From a virus (lineage: Duplodnaviria; Caudoviricetes): DNA of 64,000 nt. This document shows, piece after piece, positions 51,878 to 64,000 of this stretch. Both the position numbers and the translations under genes were made by a program. Within the stretch, counting starts at the first letter, position 1. Every line of letters starts with the position of its first letter. The stretch lies in the IMG/VR virus record IMGVR_UViG_3300030055_000003. One strand, 5' to 3'. The notes beneath the pieces were generated by a model. The model ran no database searches. It worked only from the letters and a program-made list of their open reading frames with translations, and had not been told where the DNA came from.

Positions 51878-54211
51878 TTATAATCTAATTCCTAATTTAC
51901 TTAATGTCCAAAACACGGTGTTAATTTTAGAGCAATCAATATCATTTAACTTTCTTTTGAATCTGATATTATTCCCCCTTTGAGTTACTTCAATTTCTAA
52001 ATTACTTAACTCAACACATAATTCTTTTATTAACTCTATATATTCTGGAGTTTGATTATCACACATAAATATTTTATATAACTTTTCTTTATTTTGAACT
52101 ATTCCTATACTATTTGTAATTGCTTCTCTGATATCTTCTTTGTTTATTTCAATAATATCAGTAAAATCTTTTGCATAAAAATAATCTAATATTCCAATTC
52201 TCGAAGCTGGATTAGGTATTATTAACTTGCAATTTTCATATTTAGAAACCTCATTTATAAGTTGATCTGCAATTTCATCTAGTTTATTTGAAGATATATT
52301 TATACTCTTAACTATTTTAATTCCCACATCTTTAGTTTCTTCAAAAAGCATTGCGTATTTTTCATCATTGCTATCATATCCCATATCAAAAAGCATATAA
52401 TTATTTGTTGCTTTATTTAATTCATTTAATCTTTTTCTTTCATCTCTTTGTATTTCTCTATCAATTTTATCCATACATCCACTTGTTCTGCCTGCCATGC
52501 TTAAAAATTCTGGTGTTGCTTTTTCATATTCTAATCCGTCATTTATACTTTTTAAAAACATATCTGAATTTTCTTTAGTAACTAAAAACTGAACTAGTAA
52601 TGATGTACAATCTGAACAAATATGATGTATTTTATCACCTAAATCTATTGTATCTTCCGATGGTTTTTCTTTTCCACAACAACTACATTTGGTATTAGTT
52701 GGAGTCAAATCCCCACTAAATCTTAATACATTAACCTTTAATTCTTCTCTATTTTTCCAAGCCATTTTACATTCCTCCTTCATTATTTTGTTCCATTTCA
52801 ATAAAAACACTGCCTTTCCAATCTATAGGTTTGAAATCATTATGTAGTTCTACAATTTTTCTTAATATTACATTAGTCGTGATATACTGTATTTCATTTT
52901 CTTCAATAGATTCAATCGCTTCCTTAACAATAGTCTTCCATTCATCAAAGGAATATTCCTTTTCTGATTGAAGTCCATCTCTTTGAATATCTTTTCTAGC
53001 TTCTTGACCTGTTATTCTAAAATCCAAACTATAATTATACATTTGTCTTCTCTCTCCTTTTTATTAATTTATTTTTATACTTTCAAATTATCATAGTAGT
53101 TTTTAATTTTTCCCATTTCTTCATTTTCTAATCTTTCTAGTTCTTTTAATTCTGAGTCCAAATTATTCATCTTTTCTTTATGTTCTTTATCAGTTTTATC
53201 ATTTAATTCTTTTAAATCTTGATTTATCCATTTAATAAAATTTTTAAAGTATTCTTCATATTTAGATACAATATCTTTAAAATTATCTAACTTGATAAAT
53301 AAAGGTTCTTTATAAAAATCTATATTTGTTCCCATAGGTTTTAAAAATTCTTCAATTTCATCCTGTGAAAAACCATCATCATAAATGATAACGTGTCCTC
53401 TATTAGCTTTTTGGCTTAACTCCCACTTATGTATATCAATAATAAACTGACCTCCAATAATCCTACCATAATCGTTTAAAGCAATCACTTTAGCATAATA
53501 TCTAACTTTTCTAGCCAAATCCTCAGTCACTTCTTTAATGTTATCTTCTTTAGTAAATACTTTAATTCTATATATTTTCATTATTTTATTCACCTCACAT
53601 GAGTATTTTATAATTAGTTTTCTATCATCTTCAGAAATATCATTCCATAAGGTTTTTATTTCTCTCATTAGTTGTGAATGTACTTTTGGTTCATCATCTG
53701 TAATAAAACCAAGTTCTCTTAATTTTAAAAGTAATTCATTTGTTTTATGTTCTGAAAATAATTGTGCATAAGATTCTGATACTGCACTACTAATAATTAA
53801 CATTCTCCATTCTTCACCTAAATCAATGTATCTATATTCATTTACCATTATTATTCTCCTTTATAATTTTAATTTATTAACACTTTCTAACTTATTTAGT
53901 TCTTCAATTTTTTCATCCAAAAGTGAATTTATTGACTCTTCATACTTTTGTCGTTCTTCTTGATTTATGTATTTTTTCTCTTTTAATAAGCCATAACAAG
54001 TTTCTATTTCTTTGTCTCTTAATTTAAATAATTCATTTTGTATAATTAATGACTTATATTCATGTACAGGCATTTCACCATTATAATTAGAAAAACTATC
54101 TACATCTATTTCTAACTTTTTTAATTTCTCATCTAATTCTTTTTCGCTATATCCTGAATAATCTTCGTAAAAATGAAGTTTGGCTCTTAATCCTCTTTGC
54201 ATTTTAATCAA
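51878..54211 (-). CDS. four hypothetical proteins (51878, 52767, 53075, 53861), three carrying terminase-like fragments
   Basis: 51878: MLFDMGYD..LIIPNPASRIGILDYF; 53075: NRGHVIIYDDGF..FLKPM; 53861: QRGLRAKLHFYED. Confidence 0.5.
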
Positions 54212-54255
54212 TCCCTTTCTTAATTTATTAATTTATTTAACTTTGGTATATCATT

Positions 54256-54284
54256 AGTTTACTACCATAATTTATATATGTCAA
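54256..54284 (-). promoter_or_regulatory. sigmaA-type promoter heading the terminase-fragment cluster
   Basis: TTGACA (54284-54279), 17 bp, TAAACT. Confidence 0.65.
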
Positions 54285-54291
54285 TACTTAA

Positions 54292-54708
54292 TTATATTAA
54301 TTTGTTTTTAATATCAATCCACACATTATATAGCCAATAGTCATTACCATAATCAATTTTTACTAATTTACCCTTCAGCAATCCAAAATTATTTTCTTTT
54401 ATATCATTAAATATTGGATGCCTAAATTCTATAAAACTTAAATCAAATTCATCTAAATCGTATACTGGCTGAACTCTTTTCATTACTACCATTAAACCTA
54501 GCAAATCATGAAATATTATGGGGCATAGATATTCTTTATATTGTTTGTATTTATACCAATTATGTATCTCATTCATATTTGCTAAATAACCTTTTATATC
54601 CAATGGTATTTTTATAGCTATATTTTTAAATACAAAAACTCTTCTCATAGTTCCTTTTAATATCCACATTGTTTCTCCTTCTATTACTATTAATTTATTA
54701 ACTTCCAA
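54292..54708 (-). CDS. minimal protein-kinase-fold protein
   Basis: KGTMRRVF (Gly-loop-like), IAIKIP, NE (alphaC), DIKENNFG (catalytic loop), KIDYG (DFG-like). Confidence 0.72.
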   Translation of the reverse strand: MEVNKLIVIEGETMWILKGTMRRVFVFKNIAIKIPLDIKGYLANMNEIHNWYKYKQYKEYLCPIIFHDLLGLMVVMKRVQPVYDLDEFDLSFIEFRHPIFNDIKENNFGLLKGKLVKIDYGNDYWLYNVWIDIKNKLI

Positions 54709-54731
54709 TAAAAGACATCATTTAAAGGCTC

Positions 54732-57700
54732 TTAATAATCATCTACTTGCCAAGTTATTGTTTCAAATAATACTTTACCTACACCTTTATTAGTCAAACT
54801 AACTACACTTGTATCATTTTCATATAATTTACATTTAGTATTCCTATATGGGAATCTCGTATCATTATCTAGTTCTCTCTTATAACATGTATAACAACTA
54901 GATAATCCATATTCATCATCACTATCGTTACTGCAATGTCCACATAATAAACAGTTATGCATAAGACTACCTCCTATTTCAATCCTAATAATTTACTTGT
55001 AGCAGAAATATCACCTTTAGTTTCAAAGTAAGTATATGTTGCACTTGTTTTTATTGGTTCTCCTAACATACAAGCTATTTCAACTATTGCTGGTCTTTCT
55101 GATTTATTTGATAATTTAATTCTTGTATACTCTTCTTTATCTTTTTTAAATAATCTTAATTCCATTTTATTCACTCCTTTTCTATTTTTATTTACTTTTA
55201 ATTTATTAAATCTTGATAAAATACATTTTTTATGTGCTTTTATAAGGGCTAGAACTATGTAATAGCCCCATTGTTGTTTTTATTACTTTCGTTTCATTCT
55301 ATAATCATTTCCTATACTTACTTCACTTTCTCCTAGACTTAGGTAATATTTGGGAATCTTATTATATTCCTCAACTACTTTTTCATAACCTAATTTATTT
55401 AATAGTTCACATAAAAGTATATCTGCTTCACTGTGTTTTCTAAAGTTTACTTCAGGTTCTAATTTTTTAATTTTATCCACATAGATCTCTTCAAGTTTCA
55501 TTTTTAATTCCTCCTTTTTTCTTTTATTCAGTCTCAACTATTTTACTTAATTCATCTAAAAATTCTGTCAATGTATCTTCTATGTATGTAAAAGTTCCAT
55601 TAATTGAATATGTATTAGTTTCTTCTTTGATTTCATTTTCTAAGCTTTCGTCATTTAATACATTATTTCTGCCTGCATATTCTGTAGTAGTTTGCTTTAC
55701 ATTTAATATACAATTATCTTTATCAATGTTTAAATTATATATTACTTCAAATTCATAGGTAGTTCCTACACCTCCAAAATGATAAGCATTATGATTTATT
55801 AAGACCTCATACTTTTTATAAATTTCAGCTCCAGTATAATGATTTATTTCGGCTAAATCACACATTCTATTATATTCATCAGTTTCTTCTGTTGTCGGTT
55901 CTCTATCATTATATTCTGATATATTCCAATATTCATATTTATAACTATCCGACATATCTGTAACATGGTCAAATTTTCTTTTATAGCTATCAAATAACCT
56001 TTCAATATCTTTATTATCATAATATCTTTCATCTTCAAGATATCCAATTTTACCTTCAATATGTTCAATATGTTTATTTATCATCTCTGCTAAAATATCT
56101 ATATCTTTCTCACTATTATAATTTGCAGAGTAACCAATATTTTTATTAAACATAGTGTCTTTTAAAATACTACTTAGAGATACATAGCACCCATAATCAT
56201 GACTAATTATTAAATATGATTTTATTTTAGGTTTGCTAGGTTGTGAAATTTCTAAATTCCCAATGCATCTAATTGGATTAAATGTAAAATCATTTTCTAT
56301 TACATCAAACCCTTTCTCTCTTAATAGTTTAGGTAATGTAAAATATAGTCCAAATTCTTCTTTTATATATTCATCATATGTATGATTTAGTAAATATTTA
56401 AATTGTTTAAATCTAGTATCACCTGTATTTTGACACCATAAATCACAATAGAAATCTACTACTTGTCCATCTGTTTTATTTGTTAATTCTAGAACTTGAA
56501 GTATTGTTCCTAAATCAGGATCATAAAGTAAGTTTCTAATTTTCACATTCCATTTGTCATTAGAACAATAGTAATATTCCTCAGCATCATAATAGTTACC
56601 ATCTGTATCTTGTGGTGTAAATTTATCTATTTTTAATCCTAATGATAAAATCATTTCAACTTCTCTTGAATCAATATCATATTCTGTAGTTGTTCTAGCT
56701 TCTACCTTTTCAGCTTCTTGTTTAATTTGCTTTTCTTCTATAATAGAATTTTCTTTTAATGATTCTGTAGTTCTTTGTAACATTTCTTTTAAATCCATAA
56801 TAATTCATTCTCCTTTAATTGTTTATATTTTATCTATATACTAAATTTATTATTTCTTTCTATTTGAATAGCAATTTCTATCTTTGAATAAACAATATTT
56901 ATTTCTATAAAGATAGCTACATCTAGTTGGTATTTGATTACATTTTACAAATCCATATCTTAATGCAATAAAGAAATTAACTATAGGATTTCTTATATAT
57001 GTATACCATAGATTACTAACTGACGGGCATTCTTTCTCACATTTATAACAATAATCAAAATTGTTTTTATGTTTACAAAATACATGGTTAAATTTTTGAT
57101 TCATATGTATCATTCCTTTCCATTTTATATAATTTATTAAAAGCACTTAAAACTAATAGTTTAACTGCTTGTACAAGTCTGTAAAGCTAGTAATAGAGCC
57201 ATTTTAAATTATAACTTTCCCATTTGATTAAGTTTTTCTTTAGTTTTAATTTTATTTTCTTCATAAATGGTAATTATATCTTCAAATCCAATTTCATTTT
57301 TATAACTGTTAATATATTGGTCAGCAACTTCTTCTGTTATCTTACTCATCATAAATAACCCTAATATTGTAGTTGTAATTCCTTGTTTTATTCCATTATA
57401 GTAACTTTCTTTTACTAAATCATTATACATAATCTGTTACTCCTTATATTTCATACTTAGTTATAATTTGTTTAGGTTGTGGAACTACTACTTGTCCTTT
57501 AATAATCATATAATATGAACCATCAACACTCCAAGGCATTTCTGTAGTTGTGTTATCTAAATATGTAGCACCTTCAGTCCAATCACTATTTAACCATGAT
57601 TCCAATTCCTGTTTATTATAATATGTGATTTTTGTTTCTCCATCATCGTTACAATATAATACCATATACTCTTTATTCATCTTAATTTTCCTCCTCAACT

Positions 57701-60700
57701 TCTTCTATAACTCTAATATCTTCATTTTTTATTTTAATTTCACTAGGTTTAATCCCCATCTTAAATGCTAGACCTTCAATCAAATCTTTTCTATCTACAT
57801 CAGTAACAAAAGGCTCTCCATTTTTAATTGCAGTTAATGCTTCTTCTGTTAAATCATCTTCCTCTAGTTCTAATACTGCATCTATTACATAATCTAATCT
57901 ATATTTAATCTTCATTGCTATACCTCCTATTTGTGTACTGTTCATTCAAAGTTATATTCATCATCATTATTATTTGATTCTATAATATTCCCAATCTCTT
58001 CATCGAATTTTAACGTATATATCCCATCTATTAATACACTTTTATCTGATATTTTCTTTATAGTATCACAGGTAATCCATGCATATCCTGTATACTCCCA
58101 TCCGTTTTGACTGATTTCTATTCTATATCTTTTCATAATTATATTCCTCCTTTGTTTTATATTCTTCAGCTCTTGATATGTCATAATCTTTATATAAAGA
58201 ACTTTCTTTTACTTTTCCACAAATACAACATTTATATTGAATTGTATAATCAATATGTCCATTATGTATAAATTGTGATTTTTGTAATTTACATTTTGAT
58301 TTAGAAGGTATTTTTCTTTCACCACCTTCTACTTTATGCCAACAATGAAATAAATGCATTCTTATTCACATCCTTTAATCACTCAAATTTATATTATCTC
58401 ACTAAGACTATTATCTACTTTATTTAATTGTTCTCTAATATTGTTAACTGTAATTTCTAATCCACTTAATAAATATTTTACATCTCTTATATCAATATTA
58501 TCTTCTGCTAAATCAAGAATTTCTTTAAATTCATTTATTTCTTCATCCAACTTATTTATTAATCTCATATTCTCAACTCCCTTTAAAATATTCCTTTCAT
58601 TTGAACTTAATATAATCTTCAAATACAACCAAAATTTACTTGTATATTTATATTTTAAATGGGTTATAATATAAATATCTTCTTAGTCATGAAGTTGCAT
58701 TTAATAAATGTTACTGATTGATGTAAAAGGAATGAGAAGTAATGACCCTCATTTACTTTTACAAACTAGAGTATCTTATTAATTTAAGGTACTCTTTTTA
58801 TTAAAGTATTGCTCTTCCATGTTCATCAGCTTTAGCCATTTTCTTTAAACATCTTTTACAAGTTACCTCAGTATCTTCTCCTATATATATTACATCACTA
58901 CAATCCATTCTTTGATTACACACACTATATACATCTATATCACCCATAACCTTTGCTTTAAACCCTACATGAGTAATTTTACCTCTTTTAATTAAATATA
59001 CCTTCATAATTTCGATTCTCCTTTATTCTTCTATTAATTTATTTAACTTACCTTAAAATCAAGATCTTATGTGCTTATTGTTCTATAATTATCCAATCAT
59101 CTAATATTTCTTCTGAAGATATTGACTCACATTCTTCAAATCCGAATCCTTCAACTACCAATAATAACTTCCTATTTTCTTTCTTATACCTATTATGTGT
59201 ACAAACACTTTCTATTTCTTTATTCTCATCCAATGACTTAAAAGCTTCTGTTGTATTCACTGTCTTTTGAATTGGAATAAACTTCGCCATTAAAATACTT
59301 TCACATAGCCATTCTTGACTTTTATCACTCCATTCAAAAAAACCATTAGGTAACTTCTTTATTGTCCTTTTATCATAATGTCCACAATCATATAACACCT
59401 TAAATTCTGTATATGATGGCATTTTTCTAGCTTCAATTATATTTAACTTCTCATTCATTCTATTTTTCACTCCTTAACATTGTGTAAAATTTCCATTTTA
59501 TTCCCAATATTCTACAATAAATACGTTACTGCTTTTAAGATTTGTTTTAAATTTGCTATTTCACCTTTTAACTTTTCTTCTATTCCTTTAAACTCTGCTA
59601 ATTGTATATTTGAATCCTTAATTCCTTTTCTATAATTATCTATTATTTCTCTTAAACTCTCTTCCGTCTTAGCTTGTTCCATTGATTGATATTCTAATTC
59701 TGATATGTATGATTTTTGTTTATCTACTTTTTCTTCAAGTGATACTCTAAAATTCCCCAATGATTTATTAGCAGACTTATAGTTTTCATTTTCTTCTAAT
59801 AAATTTTTGTATCCTTTTTTCATTTCTATATATTTATCATTTAATTCATAGAAATATTTATCTTTAAATTCTATTGCTTGATTCAATTGTTTATTTTCAG
59901 ATAGTAGTTTGAAAAAAACTTTATTATATATGTCTTCAAACTTTTCGCCTTTTAATCCTTGTATTCCTTCCTTTTTAGCTAATTCTAATAATTTTTCTTG
60001 ATAATTCATTTCTAACTCTCCTTTATTATATTAATTTATTTATATTTTATCTAATGCTAAATCCCATTTATTATTGATGCAATTACTAAAACCATTTAAA
60101 ATATGTATGTATCTCTCGATAGTTCCTAATTTCTCTAAATACAGTGCCATGTCTGTAAAACCATTCTGATGCATCTCTAAATCAATATTTACGCCCCATT
60201 CTTCTTGATACACAACAGCCATCTTCTCATATACTTTTGAAATGTCTAAATTATTCTCCTTGCAAAATTCTTCAACTTTTTTAATTAGATATTCTGCTTT
60301 CATATTATTATCATTTCCTTTCATTTTTATCTTAATTTATTAACTTAAGATTATCTTACTACTTGTACTAATTATTGTCAATAGTTTATTTGTGTTAATT
60401 TGTTATTATATATAATAAACCATTTCCATCTCATTAATTGTATTTTCTAGTTCTTGTAAAGATATATAACATTCAAGTCCTCCTGATACTGTAATAGAAT
60501 CATTTTCATATACTATAGGACTTAAAAACACAGTATTTAAAGGATTTATATATCTAACTTTATATCTTTTATTATCATAAGTTATATTGTAATTTTCATA
60601 TTTATGCATTTTATAATCCTCCACTCCTATAAAATTATTGTAAATAGTTCACATCCTCTATATATTTACTACCTATTAAACTTTCATTCAACTTAGGATT

Positions 60701-63662
60701 TAGTGCATTACATACATCATATAATGCTTTTAAATAATCACTTCTATCATTGAAATATATAGCATTATTTGCGATGGCAAAGGCTTTGTTGTTATTATTA
60801 ATCAATATAGTTTTTAAATTATTTCCAACATCTGTTTTAATATCAAAATATTCTTGCATAAAATCATCACTAAAAAAGAATCTGCCACTAGAATTTTCTA
60901 AAATAAACCCATGTTTTTCTGACGTCATTATTTTAAATAATTCTCCCAATTCAAATCCACTATATTTATAACATTGCTCATCTTGTGTTAATACAATTGA
61001 TTTATATTCTTTTGTTAACATAACATCATGTCCAATTTCAAAATGTTTCATTTATTCATTCCTCCATTCTTTTAAAATTAAATTTTTATTAATAATACTA
61101 TGACTCATTCACATATAATTGTTATCTATAACTTCATTATTTATTAGTAAGTCTCTAAATTCTTTATTTGAATGTATTTGTGAATTTATATACATCTTAT
61201 CTTCAAATTCTATAACTCCACAATCTGGATAGAAATTTGTGAAAAACATTAATATTTCTTTATCATTAGTAATAAAAATATGATAATTCTCATATTCAAG
61301 ATACTTTATTTGTTTATTATTTAACTGATTAAAATTTTCTAATATTACTAGTTCTTTCATTTTTATTTTCCTCCCAATTTTATTGTTATTTTATGTTAAA
61401 TCTAAATATTTATATAGACTTAATTTCTAGATAAATACTTTTTTATCATTTCTTCATTGCGTTCAATTATTTCAAAATGACTTCTTCTATATGCTTTATA
61501 AGATTCTCCTGTATCGTCAGTTAGATAATATAAAAACAAATCCATACTTTGAATATTATTATATATTTTCCCAACCGTTAAATTATCATCTGAATATTTA
61601 TAAGTACATTTCACTGCTGTTATATAAGTACTCATTACATACCTCCTATTTATCACTTGTAAAATATCTGATTAAATCGTCTTTAAATTCTCGCATTGCT
61701 TTTTCTGCTACTTCTTCAGATATAAAATAAGTTTCACTTATATATTTATAATCCCTAGTTTCATCAATAATTAATTCTTTACTGTCATAATTATAAGCTA
61801 TGCTGTATTTTAAAGAGTTATTGTTCCAATCAATTTCTCTTTCATTATTTTCAAAAGCAAACTTCTCTAAATTCCTATGTAGCAACTGTTCGAAAGCAAT
61901 TCTTTTAGCTTTGTCTTTGGTTTTATAATAATTTAAATTTTCAATACGTTGTTTGTTAAATTCGTCATCCTCATAACCTTGATAATACACTTTTCCATCT
62001 AAATGTATATACCAATATATTTCATTTTCTTTAGGAGTCCACCATTCTTTTTTATTATCTTCTTTCTCAATTTGTTTTTGTACATTTTCTATCTTTTCTT
62101 TAAATTCTTTTTTAATTTGCTCCAATTCATTTAATAATTGTTCTTTCTTTGACATATTATTACTCCCTTTTTCTAATATTTTAATATATTCTATAGCTTC
62201 TCTTGATAAGAAAGTTCCTCCCAGTTCTTTTGGGTAATCAATACCTATACAATTATCATCATTTTTTATTAGTTTGCCTTTAATAAATTTGCGTTTAAAC
62301 CTTGGTTCAGTCTTCATTATAACTTTTGTTCCTAAAGATATTTCCTGAACTAAACCATTTATAATGTCTTTTGCATAATATATATTTTTCAATTTTATCC
62401 CTCCTTAATTTTCCAAATAAAAGTAATATTTTACTGTATTAAATTTTGAAAGTCATTCCAATCAAACAAAAAATTTTCCTTTATATATCCACCATAATTA
62501 ATTAAGTCAGTTTTAAAATCTTGATGATTTTTTAAATATTCTTCAAGTCTATCAATTTCTCTATCTATTTGATTTGATGTTCCAGTTGCAGTAGGATAAA
62601 CACGGTCTTTACTTATGCAATACCAAAACTTACCTATAGAAGTATTAATTAAAAATATCCAACCATCTATCCACAAAGTTCCTATAACATCACTTGAAGA
62701 TTCAAATGTTTTATATTCTTTTGCTTTATTTAATATCTCATTACTGTTTAGTTTTATTCTATTTCTAAAAAATTCATTATATTTTCGTTCCATACATTTC
62801 TTTACCAAATCTATTTTTTTATCTTTGTAATTAAAACCGTACGTTCCTAATACCTTTTTTAATTCATTATTTTTATAACTTTTAATTTCGTTGTAATAAT
62901 CTAATATTTCCATATCTATTTTCTAACCTCCAGTTTAATTTATTTCACCTTAAAAGAAGTAATTTAAAGTCTTATCCATATCCCATCATTAAAATACCTT
63001 TCAACTTCTTTTGTGTCATATTCTACTTCATATTCCTCGTTTTCATATGTATATTTTATAATACTTTCTTCTTCGTTGATTTCTACAATATAATCTCCAA
63101 TGTATTCTCCAAAATCTATGGCTTGTTGTTGAAGTTCATCATTTAATTTAAATTCAATTATTTCCATTAATCATACCTCCTTAATATCTTATATACCCTA
63201 TTACACACCAGTTTGAACATTTCTAACTTTATAATCATAACAATCTTTACCTATGTATTCATATATATTAATGTCCATTTCTTGTGATTGTAGGAATAAT
63301 TTAAATTGCTCTGACATTTTTGATTTGTTTATAATTATCCACTTCCTTATATTAATTTATTTATAACCATAATATTACTCTTATTATTTTATATTGTCAA
63401 TTAATTTCTGTTAATTTGTTTATAGACTTATGCTAACACTATTACAAACTCTTTTATCTTCATCGTCAGTAAATTCAACAAAACTAGATATATATTTATC
63501 CCATATCTGTCCTTCTATTTCAATTCCTAAATCAAACTTTGTAGCCTTGCTAATTGTTCCTATTGGTATATTATCTTTAATAATTGGTTTATTTATATAA
63601 CTTTCTGCTTCAATTTTATAATCATATATTACTGTTTTAATTGTCATAAAGAAATCCTCCAC
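54732..63662 (-). CDS. array of about 25 small hypothetical early proteins (largest 55524-56798, 424 aa; 59512 coiled coil; 61646 WxP..Y/NYY family)
   Basis: ORF track; RBS on nearly all; separated by copies of the intergenic repeat. Confidence 0.6.
60353..60381 (-). promoter_or_regulatory. sigmaA-type promoter
   Basis: TTGACA, 17 bp, TAAGAT; inverted repeat 60329-60351 abuts the -10. Confidence 0.7.
63372..63400 (-). promoter_or_regulatory. sigmaA-type promoter
   Basis: TTGACA, 17 bp, TAATAT. Confidence 0.7.
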
Positions 63663-63681
63663 TTACTCTAAATTCTTCATT

Positions 63682-64000
63682 TTAATATAACTCAACTCGT
63701 ATTTTTATACCTATTGTATATAAATTGTTATAGATTAATTTATATTTCTGATCTTCTAAAGTTCCTTCAATTTCAATTCTATATTTTTGTTTTTCTGTAA
63801 TCATATCATCTTTATCTTTTTTGTATTCTGGATAAATATGATATTGTATCTGTCCTATTATAAATCCCTTTGGTAATACAATTTCTTCATCAAAACAATT
63901 TAATGATGTTAATTTTATATCATCCCATCCTTCTAATACAAACTCTGCTGATTCAAATTTATTAGTAAAATCTTCTTTTAATTTATCTAATATTTCTTCT
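63682..64000 (-). CDS. hypothetical protein, N-terminus outside the window
   Basis: Open frame ..EEILDKLKEDF..IRVELY ending TAA at 63684-63682. Confidence 0.55.
   Translation of the reverse strand, partial: EEILDKLKEDFTNKFESAEFVLEGWDDIKLTSLNCFDEEIVLPKGFIIGQIQYHIYPEYKKDKDDMITEKQKYRIEIEGTLEDQKYKLIYNNLYTIGIKIRVELY

Larger units (their letters stand above)
3402..63362 (-). repeat. dispersed intergenic repeat family (about 75 bp full length; core AATAAATTAATA)
   Basis: Full copies at about 3402-3481, 11276-11352, 26823-26891, 44579-44655, 55199-55272 and 57129-57205; shorter copies at about 5953, 13700, 16365, 21843, 22788, 23617, 25390, 39874, 54688, 59031 and 62934; core alone at 25 or more sites counted by eye. 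Confidence 0.8.

Noticed and set aside
128-62830. All plus-strand ORFs and short minus-strand ORFs nested in other frames in the track
   Set aside because: They are shadows of real minus-strand genes: no RBS, Phe/Ile/Ser/Leu-rich antisense composition and no motifs.
1-64000. CRISPR array or tRNA genes
   Set aside because: No regularly spaced direct repeats with short unique spacers and no T-loop/CCA cloverleaf found by eye; the dispersed repeats are separated by whole genes.

Overview
Very AT-rich window (roughly 25% GC by eye) with essentially all credible genes on the minus strand. It is the DNA-metabolism/early arm of a large Bacillota (probably clostridial) phage or prophage; no virion or lysis module is present. 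Recognisable genes: NAD-dependent ligase (partial), DUF4942-type methyltransferase, dUTPase, class II (B12) ribonucleotide reductase split by a group I intron carrying a LAGLIDADG gene, a 3D-domain protein, a soluble chemoreceptor (MCP), divergent type IIA topoisomerase A and B subunits, ERCC4 nuclease, an SPbeta-like replisome (DnaE, RecJ, primase, DnaB, AAA recombinase, SSB), three free-standing homing-type nucleases, an orphan TnpB, a Tad2/DUF2829 anti-defence protein, an XRE regulator and a minimal kinase-fold protein, among about 70 small hypothetical ORFs. The least explained signals: (i) scattered, catalytically degenerate pieces of terminase large subunit, clustered at 49.7-54.2 kb, which may be immune decoys; (ii) two homologous, covarying structured non-coding elements (41.6 and 44.4 kb); (iii) a roughly 75-bp intergenic repeat family between gene units, into which TnpB has inserted so that its predicted guide matches another copy. 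All family assignments are by-eye motif recognition; no searches were run.
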